Shown one piece after another: positions 1 through 4,595 of a DNA stretch of 4,595 nucleotides. This stretch comes from a virus (lineage: Duplodnaviria; Heunggongvirae; Uroviricota; Caudoviricetes), in the IMG/VR virus record IMGVR_UViG_2695420564_000008; one strand, 5' to 3'. Each line of letters begins with the position of its first letter. Position 1 is the first letter of the stretch. A model generated the notes under the pieces. The model ran no database searches. It saw only the letters and a program-made list of their open reading frames with translations, and was not told where the DNA came from. The position numbers and the translations under genes are program-made.

Positions 1-349
1 AAACAACAAGCAGCCAGCAGGCAATCACAGAAGCCACAGCAGCAATCATCACCAGCACAACACAACGAACCTCCGATGGATTTTGCTGTCTAACAGTTCA
101 ATGAATACCGCGCATTATAAGAGCCCGGCGTTTGACAGTATTATGGCGGAAACGTTGAAAGCTACTGACGAAGCGCAACGTACGGCGCTGTACACGAAAG
201 CAGAACAGCAACTGGATAAAGACTCGGCCATTGTTCCTGTTTATTACTATGTGAACGCGCGTCTGGTGAAACCGTGGGTTGGTGGTTATACCGGTAAAGA
301 TCCGTTGGATAACACCTACACCCGAAATATGTACATTGTGAAACACTAA
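1..349 (+). CDS. oppA: Periplasmic oligopeptide-binding protein OppA, 3' end (partial; gene begins upstream of the window)
   Basis: Frame-2 translation from about nt 86 to the TAA at 347-349 (LSNSSMNTAHYKSPAFDSIMAETLK...YYYVNARLVKPWVGGYTGKDPLDNTYTRNMYIVKH) matches my recollection of the E. coli OppA C-terminus. It is followed 85 nt later by oppB, the native operon order. The frame is open from the window edge, but nt 1-85 encode a low-complexity stretch I do not recognise as OppA (see findings). Confidence 0.85.
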   Translation, partial: NNKQPAGNHRSHSSNHHQHNTTNLRWILLSNSSMNTAHYKSPAFDSIMAETLKATDEAQRTALYTKAEQQLDKDSAIVPVYYYVNARLVKPWVGGYTGKDPLDNTYTRNMYIVKH

Positions 350-360
350 TGGCAATACGT

Positions 361-381
361 GGGGCAGGAGAGTCCTGCTCC
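361..381 (+). promoter_or_regulatory. Stable GC-rich hairpin in the oppA-oppB intergenic spacer (possible intra-operon attenuator or mRNA 3'-end stabiliser)
   Basis: GCAGGA (364-369), loop GAG, TCCTGC (373-378), extendable to about 9 bp with one G-U pair (361-381). A TTTTT run lies 10 nt downstream (392-396), so it is not a canonical intrinsic terminator. Its position between the binding-protein gene and the permease genes fits differential expression within ABC-transporter operons. Confidence 0.35.
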
Positions 382-434
382 ACGGTGTCTGATTTTTATC
401 GCATTACAGAAGGCACAGGCCAGAAGGTAGGGCA

Positions 435-1355
435 ATGTTAAAATTTATTCTACGTCGCTGTCTGGAAGCGATTCCGACGCTATTTATCCTCATTACTATT
501 TCGTTCTTTATGATGCGTCTCGCTCCGGGAAGTCCTTTTACCGGAGAACGTACATTACCGCCAGAAGTGATGGCCAATATTGAAGCGAAATATCACCTAA
601 ATGATCCGATCATGACGCAGTATTTCAGTTATCTGAAACAACTGGCGCATGGCGATTTTGGCCCTTCTTTTAAATATAAAGATTATTCGGTCAATGATCT
701 GGTTGCATCTAGTTTCCCGGTTTCTGCAAAACTCGGGGCCGCTGCATTTTTCCTTGCGGTGGTACTGGGCGTTAGCGCAGGTGTTATTGCCGCTTTAAAT
801 CAAAATACTAAATGGGATTACACGGTCATGGGACTGGCGATGACCGGGGTGGTTATTCCCAGTTTTGTAGTTGCGCCATTATTAGTGATGATATTTGCGA
901 TCATTTTGCACTGGTTGCCCGGCGGCGGCTGGAACGGCGGGGCGCTGAAATTCATGATCCTGCCGATGGTCGCTTTATCACTGGCTTATATCGCCAGTAT
1001 TGCGCGTATTACCCGTGGTTCAATGATCGAAGTTTTACACTCTAACTTCATTCGTACCGCACGCGCGAAAGGCTTACCTATGCGACGCATTATTTTCCGT
1101 CATGCATTAAAGCCTGCGTTGTTGCCCGTGCTCTCTTATATGGGGCCCGCATTCGTCGGCATTATTACCGGCTCTATGGTGATTGAAACCATTTATGGTC
1201 TACCGGGTATCGGGCAGTTGTTTGTTAATGGCGCATTGAACCGTGATTATTCGTTGGTCTTAAGCCTGACCATTCTGGTTGGGGCGTTGACCATTCTGTT
1301 CAATGCCATTGTCGATGTACTGTATGCGGTTATCGACCCGAAAATTCGTTACTGA
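435..1355 (+). CDS. oppB: Oligopeptide ABC transporter permease OppB
   Basis: 306-aa ORF with ATG at 435 preceded by AGGTAGGG; TGA stop at 1353-1355. The translation (MLKFILRRCLEAIPTLFILITISFFMMRLAPGSPF...DVLYAVIDPKIRY) is a full-length match to E. coli OppB as I remember it, hydrophobic multi-span throughout. Confidence 0.97.
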   Translation: MLKFILRRCLEAIPTLFILITISFFMMRLAPGSPFTGERTLPPEVMANIEAKYHLNDPIMTQYFSYLKQLAHGDFGPSFKYKDYSVNDLVASSFPVSAKLGAAAFFLAVVLGVSAGVIAALNQNTKWDYTVMGLAMTGVVIPSFVVAPLLVMIFAIILHWLPGGGWNGGALKFMILPMVALSLAYIASIARITRGSMIEVLHSNFIRTARAKGLPMRRIIFRHALKPALLPVLSYMGPAFVGIITGSMVIETIYGLPGIGQLFVNGALNRDYSLVLSLTILVGALTILFNAIVDVLYAVIDPKIRY

Positions 1356-1369
1356 TACTGGAGCTCGCG

Positions 1370-1585
1370 ATGATGTTAAGTAAGAAAAACAGCGAGACGC
1401 TGGAAAATTTCAGTGAAAAGCTGGAGGTCGAAGGCCGCAGTTTATGGCAGGACGCGCGTCGACGTTTTATGCATAACCGCGCAGCCGTCGCCAGTCTGAT
1501 TGTGCTGGTGCTTATCTCGCTGTTTGTGATTCTGGCGCCAATAATTTCTGCGATTAAAAAAAGTTACCTTGTATGCAATATGTGA
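1370..1585 (+). pseudogene. oppC: oppC, 5' fragment only (permease truncated after about 57 codons by a junction with foreign DNA)
   Basis: ATG at 1370 with CTGGAG Shine-Dalgarno. MMLSKKNSETLENFSEKLEVEGRSLWQDARRRFMHNRAAVASLIVLVLISLFVILAP matches the OppC N-terminus. After about nt 1542 the frame reads ISAIKKSYLVCNM and stops at 1583-1585, where native OppC continues for roughly 245 more residues. oppD and oppF are absent. Confidence 0.85.
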
Positions 1586-1625
1586 ATTAAAAGAGATAGT
1601 TGGCAATATCTGATAAGTATTCTCT

Positions 1626-1640
1626 GCCTGAGTATCAGGC
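1626..1640 (+). other. Short palindrome GCCTGA-GTA-TCAGGC followed by a T-rich run (terminator-like or operator-like)
   Basis: Perfect 6-bp inverted repeat with a 3-nt loop, followed by TCTATATTTTT (1641-1651). A wider imperfect inverted repeat CTGATA (1610-1615) / TATCAG (1633-1638) surrounds it. It sits immediately upstream of the TTG at 1650. Confidence 0.3.
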
Positions 1641-1649
1641 TCTATATTT

Positions 1650-2387
1650 TTGAGCACAATAATTCACCAGTATGAAGGCGTACTCTATCAAGCGGGAAAC
1701 TTGCCACCAGACCACGGCAGCAAAGACATAGAAAACTTATTATTTGGTTCTATTATTTCTACTAGAGAAGATACCGAAAGATATCTAAATGAAGGTGTTT
1801 TCGATGGTATGAAGTGCTTAGCAAGTGGATTATGGCACGTTCCTAGTGATTTCATTGCTTCCCTTGCAGGGGTTAAGAGAGCCCCTGACATTCCACTCAT
1901 ATTCTCACCAGCATATATAAAAAAAGAACTAGATATCACATCAGGACGTTACTTTTTCTACGATTTTCGCGAACATGATACCACCGTATCGTCTGTGGAA
2001 GATTTGTATATATCAAGACCGTGGGTTGAATATATAGCTGAAAGCATGGATAAAAATCAGCCAATACCCAGCATACTCCATTTGGGTTCACACGATCTTT
2101 ATGAAAAGGAATTTAAAAACATAGAGCATGGAAATAGAGCACGACATAGCCTGAACCGTGAGAATAGCATTATGGCGTTGATTTATGTGAAACGGCACTA
2201 TCCGGAAGAGTGCAAAGGGAAAAACGGGAAAGAAACCAACGAAGCGTGGGCAAACGCTACGATAGACCACTGGCCACATGTGGGTGGCGATTATGATGAA
2301 CCATCTACAGATTATTTAAAGAAGATCATATCTGACATGGACAGATTGCCGGAAAAACGTACCACGGCAGGAAAGAAGAAATCATGA
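1650..2387 (+). CDS. Hypothetical protein, 245 aa from the TTG start (192 aa if the in-frame ATG at 1809 is used); AT-rich orphan cargo gene
   Basis: Long open frame ending at TGA 2385-2387 in an AT-rich segment, with no overlapping ORF of comparable length on either strand. The start is uncertain: TTG at 1650 has only a weak Shine-Dalgarno-like TCAGG upstream and an in-frame stop lies 6 codons upstream at 1629-1631; the first in-frame ATG is at 1809, preceded by GAAGGTG. No transmembrane segment, signal peptide or catalytic motif recognised by eye. Confidence 0.6.
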   Translation: MSTIIHQYEGVLYQAGNLPPDHGSKDIENLLFGSIISTREDTERYLNEGVFDGMKCLASGLWHVPSDFIASLAGVKRAPDIPLIFSPAYIKKELDITSGRYFFYDFREHDTTVSSVEDLYISRPWVEYIAESMDKNQPIPSILHLGSHDLYEKEFKNIEHGNRARHSLNRENSIMALIYVKRHYPEECKGKNGKETNEAWANATIDHWPHVGGDYDEPSTDYLKKIISDMDRLPEKRTTAGKKKS

Positions 2388-2388
2388 T

Positions 2389-2420
2389 AATAAAATTTAG
2401 TATCGTGACAATAAAATTTA
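2389..2420 (+). promoter_or_regulatory. Tandem direct repeat AATAAAATTTA (2389-2399 and 2410-2420) in the intergenic region upstream of the AlpA-family gene; candidate operator
   Basis: Two identical 11-mers with a 21-bp centre-to-centre spacing (two helical turns), in the 112-bp AT-rich gap between the 245-aa ORF and the AlpA-like gene. TTGAGC (2434-2439) and TTAAAT (2450-2455) hexamers are nearby but with poor spacing, so no promoter is asserted. Confidence 0.3.
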
Positions 2421-2499
2421 CTGTAATTCACTTTTGAGCATGCACACCATTAAATACCCGTAACGAAGCAACAACTATCGCTAAGAGGTTACGGGAAGC

Positions 2500-2703
2500 A
2501 TGAACACCGACACGATTCCTACAAAAGGCTATATCAGACGCTTTCGCCTGGCTGAATTGCTGGGCGTTAGTGTATCCACCATCGACCGTAAAGTAAGAAA
2601 CGGTTCACTACCACGTCCGGTAAAGCTGGGAGAAAAAATAACTGCGTTTGATGCGGTTGAGATTCACAACTGGCTGGCAGAACGCCGCGGGAAGGTGGCC
2701 TGA
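2500..2703 (+). CDS. AlpA-family helix-turn-helix transcriptional regulator (prophage or island regulatory, excisionase-like)
   Basis: 67-aa ORF with ATG at 2500 preceded by AAGAGG/GGGAAG. The translation RLAELLGVSVSTIDRKVRNGSLPRPVKLGEKITAFDAVEIHNWLAERR has the arrangement I associate with AlpA / Phage_AlpA HTH proteins. Its TGA stop (2701-2703) overlaps the next ATG by one base (TGATG). Confidence 0.85.
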   Translation: MNTDTIPTKGYIRRFRLAELLGVSVSTIDRKVRNGSLPRPVKLGEKITAFDAVEIHNWLAERRGKVA

Positions 2704-3134
2704 TGGAAAAGAAAAACCGCCCATTACAGGCGGCTAATTCAGATACTCGCGTATCTGATGTTACGCCCCTTACAAAATCCCTTCAAGCACCAAAGCGCAC
2801 ACCGAAAAAGCATCGTGCCAGAGTCTATATGCTGCGTACTGGTATAGAGGGATGGACAGAAAATGACATTCTTCGCTACTGCCGTCTGTCTTCTGGTCGT
2901 AACTATGCAACAGAGTTAGAACGCCAGCTTGGAATCACTCTGGAGCGTATCGACGAAAAGAATCCTGATGGTATCGGAACACACCTTCGCTACCGTTTCT
3001 CCTGCCGCGGTGATGTTCTGAAAGTGATCACTCATATTAACCATCTTGCGAACATAAATGATCACAACGGACTTTCTCAGCAGGAAATTGCCGACATTCT
3101 GAAACTCTACCCGGACGCGTTTAACGCCGCCTAA
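2703..3134 (+). CDS. Hypothetical protein, 143 aa, basic N-terminal region; translationally coupled to the AlpA-like gene
   Basis: ATG at 2703 overlaps the upstream stop; TAA at 3132-3134. Lys/Arg-rich N-terminus (PKRTPKKHRAR). No family recognised from memory. Confidence 0.7.
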   Translation: MEKKNRPLQAANSDTRVSDVTPLTKSLQAPKRTPKKHRARVYMLRTGIEGWTENDILRYCRLSSGRNYATELERQLGITLERIDEKNPDGIGTHLRYRFSCRGDVLKVITHINHLANINDHNGLSQQEIADILKLYPDAFNAA

Positions 3135-3146
3135 CGGAGACTGAAA

Positions 3147-3980
3147 ATGAACATCGAAAAAAGCAGATTAATTTCTGAGGCCGCCCCTCATCTGAACGCC
3201 TCTCTGGGCACAATTAACGGTAATGAATTTGCCGCAATTGTCCCGGTTATTCCTGGTCACATCGGTGGGCGTGAAACCAATATTGTTAGCGCAAAAGCGT
3301 TACACAAAGCGTTGGGCGTGGGAAAAGACTTCTCTACATGGATCACTGATCGCATCTCTGAATATGACTTCACCATTGGGCACGATTACTCAGTCCATAA
3401 AACAATTTCCCCAAATTTGGGGAAAAGCCCGAATGGCGCGGCTTACAGCAAGATTAAGCAGTCTGGCAGACCCGGCAAAGACTATCTGTTAAGTGTCGGA
3501 ATGGCGAAAGAACTGGCAATGATCGAACGCAATGATCAGGGTCGCGCTATCCGTCGTTATTTCATCCAGTGCGAGGAAGAATTACAGCGTAGCGTGCCTG
3601 AAATCGCCGCCCGCTATCGTCGCCAGCTAAAAGCCCGTATCAGTGCCGCAAACAACTTTAAGCCAATGTGCGATGCGCTGAATATGGCCCGTGCCGAGCA
3701 GGGGAAAACGACGCAGCAACACCACTACACAAACGAGAGCAATATGATTTCTCGTATCGTTCTTGGAGGGCTAACTGCTAAGCAGTGGGCGCGGATAAAT
3801 GGCTATTCTGGCGAACCTCGCGACCATATGAACGCAGAACAGCTTGAGCACCTCTCATATCTCGAAAGCACCAATATCACGTTAATTGATATGGGCATGG
3901 AATATGAGCAGCGCAAAGGAGAACTCACCCGCCTGTCGCAACGCTGGCTCGCCAAGCGTCTGGAGGCGGTCCATGTTTAA
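3147..3980 (+). CDS. Phage antirepressor-like protein with an N-terminal AntA-type domain
   Basis: 277-aa ORF with ATG at 3147 and GGAG 7 nt upstream. The N-terminal region (ALHKALGVGKDFSTWITDRISEYDFTIGHDY ... DYLLSVGMAKELAMIERNDQGRAIRRYFIQCEEEL) matches the signature I recall for AntA/AntB antirepressor N-terminal domains. I cannot assign the C-terminal half. Confidence 0.85.
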   Translation: MNIEKSRLISEAAPHLNASLGTINGNEFAAIVPVIPGHIGGRETNIVSAKALHKALGVGKDFSTWITDRISEYDFTIGHDYSVHKTISPNLGKSPNGAAYSKIKQSGRPGKDYLLSVGMAKELAMIERNDQGRAIRRYFIQCEEELQRSVPEIAARYRRQLKARISAANNFKPMCDALNMARAEQGKTTQQHHYTNESNMISRIVLGGLTAKQWARINGYSGEPRDHMNAEQLEHLSYLESTNITLIDMGMEYEQRKGELTRLSQRWLAKRLEAVHV

Positions 3981-4143
3981 GCCGACAGGAACACCACAAC
4001 CTCAAAAACGCTACAAAGATGCCCACGGAGCACTCGTTACTGTCGAAAGCGTGTCTCACAACCGAGTGACGTTTTATCGCGACGGGTATCAATCGCCATG
4101 CGTACAACCGCTGGCGCGCTTCATGAAGGAGTTCTCTCTTTAG
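3973..4143 (+). CDS. Small hypothetical protein (56 aa), translationally coupled to the antirepressor-like gene
   Basis: ATG at 3973-3975 overlaps the upstream TAA (ATGTTTAA arrangement), with GGAGG 5 nt upstream; TAG at 4141-4143. The ORF track extends this frame back to an ATG at 3886 (85 aa), which would overlap the upstream gene by 95 nt; the coupled start is more parsimonious. No family recognised. Confidence 0.5.
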   Translation: MFKPTGTPQPQKRYKDAHGALVTVESVSHNRVTFYRDGYQSPCVQPLARFMKEFSL

Positions 4144-4240
4144 TCACGCTCACATTACGCGACCAATACTAACAAAACATTAACACTATCTGGCAAAATT
4201 TTGTTCTAAACTTGATCTCAGCGAAATGGCTGCGCCTGAA

Positions 4241-4269
4241 TTGTGATAAAAATCACATTTTTATCACAA
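4241..4269. promoter_or_regulatory. Perfect 12-bp inverted repeat TTGTGATAAAAA-TCACA-TTTTTATCACAA with an embedded CRP-like site TGTGA-N6-TCACA (4242-4257)
   Basis: Directly readable: left arm 4241-4252, spacer TCACA 4253-4257, right arm 4258-4269. The nested TGTGATAAAAATCACA fits the CRP half-site consensus with a 6-bp spacer. It lies about 200 bp upstream of the gapA start. Confidence 0.5.
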
Positions 4270-4285
4270 CTGCCCTTTAAAATTC

Positions 4286-4298
4286 GGGGCGCCGCCCC
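4286..4298. other. GC-rich palindrome GGGGCG-C-CGCCCC (short hairpin or protein-binding site)
   Basis: Near-perfect 13-bp palindrome. On the minus strand it is followed by GAATTTTAAA, giving a weak terminator-like appearance; no T-run follows on the plus strand. Function unclear. Confidence 0.25.
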
Positions 4299-4393
4299 CA
4301 TGTGGTCTCAAGCCCAAAGGAAGAGTGAGGCGAGTCAGTCGCATAATGCTTAGGCACAGGATTGATTTGTCGCAATGATTGACACGATTCCGC

Positions 4394-4421
4394 TTGACGC
4401 TGCGTAAGGTTTTTGTAATTT
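4394..4421 (+). promoter_or_regulatory. Probable gapA proximal promoter: -35 TTGACG (4394-4399), 16-bp spacer, extended -10 TGTAATTT (4414-4421)
   Basis: Hexamers and spacing read directly; a second TTGACA lies at 4379-4384. Consistent with my recollection that gapA has a strong extended -10 promoter, but not verified against the published start site. Confidence 0.55.
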
Positions 4422-4452
4422 TACAGGCAACCTTTTATTCACTAACAAATAG

Positions 4453-4595
<143 letters not shown>

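Larger units (their letters stand above)
1543..4143 (+). mobile_element. Horizontally acquired island fragment: AT-rich cargo ORF plus AlpA/AntA-type regulatory module; no integrase or att site in the window
   Basis: Starts at the oppC breakpoint. Nt 1543-2499 is AT-rich relative to its neighbours (hand count about 40% GC over 1681-2100). Gene content is typical of P4-like or phage-inducible chromosomal island regulatory regions. The right boundary is not resolvable by eye and lies somewhere between 4144 and about 4390. Confidence 0.6.

Noticed and set aside
98-383. Minus-strand ORFs 98-355 (85 aa) and 162-383 (73 aa)
   Set aside because: Both are antisense to the well-supported oppA 3' end, with no ribosome-binding site or recognisable product; typical shadow ORFs.
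812-1045. Plus-strand 77-aa ORF inside oppB
   Set aside because: Alternative frame fully embedded in the confidently identified oppB coding sequence, with an Arg/Gly-rich translation typical of off-frame reading of GC-rich coding DNA.
1442-1657. Minus-strand 71-aa ORF
   Set aside because: Antisense to the oppC fragment and junction; no start context or similarity; likely spurious.
1688-2279. Minus-strand ORFs 1688-1939 (83 aa) and 2088-2279 (63 aa)
   Set aside because: Both are antisense to the longer 245-aa plus-strand ORF; AT-rich DNA gives few stops in antisense frames; no supporting signals.
1650-2387. Reading the 245-aa ORF as a degenerate integrase or as the 3' fragment of a gene disrupted at the junction
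   Set aside because: No R...HxxR...Y tyrosine-recombinase signature, and an in-frame stop lies only 6 codons upstream of the TTG at 1650, so the frame does not continue from the junction; treated as an independent gene with an uncertain start.
2434-2455. TTGAGC / TTAAAT hexamers as the AlpA-operon promoter
   Set aside because: The spacing between the hexamers is only about 10 bp, far from the roughly 17 bp optimum; a promoter must be in this gap but I cannot place it confidently by eye.
3223-3492. Plus-strand 89-aa ORF inside the antirepressor-like gene
   Set aside because: Alternative frame embedded in a gene with clear AntA-domain similarity; no independent evidence.
3925-4107. Minus-strand 60-aa ORF; considered as a possible msrB 5' end
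   Set aside because: The translation does not resemble MsrB, and it is antisense to the coupled small ORF.
3886-4143. Extended 85-aa version of the small terminal ORF, starting at ATG 3886
   Set aside because: It would overlap the antirepressor-like gene by 95 nt. The ATG at 3973 has a GGAGG Shine-Dalgarno and the classic stop-start overlap, so the 56-aa version is preferred; the longer form cannot be excluded.
1543-4143. Integrase, attL/attR direct repeats, tRNA integration site, IS element or CRISPR array bounding the island
   Set aside because: Looked for and not found: no tyrosine or serine recombinase-sized ORF, no convincing flanking direct repeats (only a weak shared CCAATA near 1538 and 4160), no tRNA-like structure, no terminal inverted repeats with a transposase, and no regularly spaced repeats.

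Overview
The window reads as Escherichia coli-like chromosome carrying a roughly 2.6 kb foreign insert. Left side (1-1542): the 3' end of oppA, an intact oppB, and only the first ~57 codons of oppC. At about nt 1542/1543 the oppC reading frame runs into unrelated AT-rich sequence and stops after 13 more codons. The insert (about 1543-4143) holds an AT-rich orphan ORF of 245 aa (roughly 40% GC by my hand count over 1681-2100, against 50-60% in the flanking genes) with no motif I can place, followed by a same-strand, tightly coupled mobile-element regulatory module: an AlpA-family HTH regulator, a 143-aa basic protein of unknown function, an AntA-domain antirepressor-like protein and a small coupled ORF. 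No integrase, tRNA, att repeat, IS element or CRISPR array is visible. Right side: about 320 bp of promoter-like DNA and the first 43 codons of gapA. As I recall the E. coli K-12 map, opp and gapA are several hundred kb apart and gapA is normally preceded by divergent msrB, which is absent here, so the window is a synteny break. The most interesting candidate is the 245-aa ORF sitting next to the AlpA/Ant module, possibly a phage-defence or abortive-infection cargo gene, but this is an inference from context and composition only. All homology statements come from reading the translations and from memory of protein families; no database search was run.
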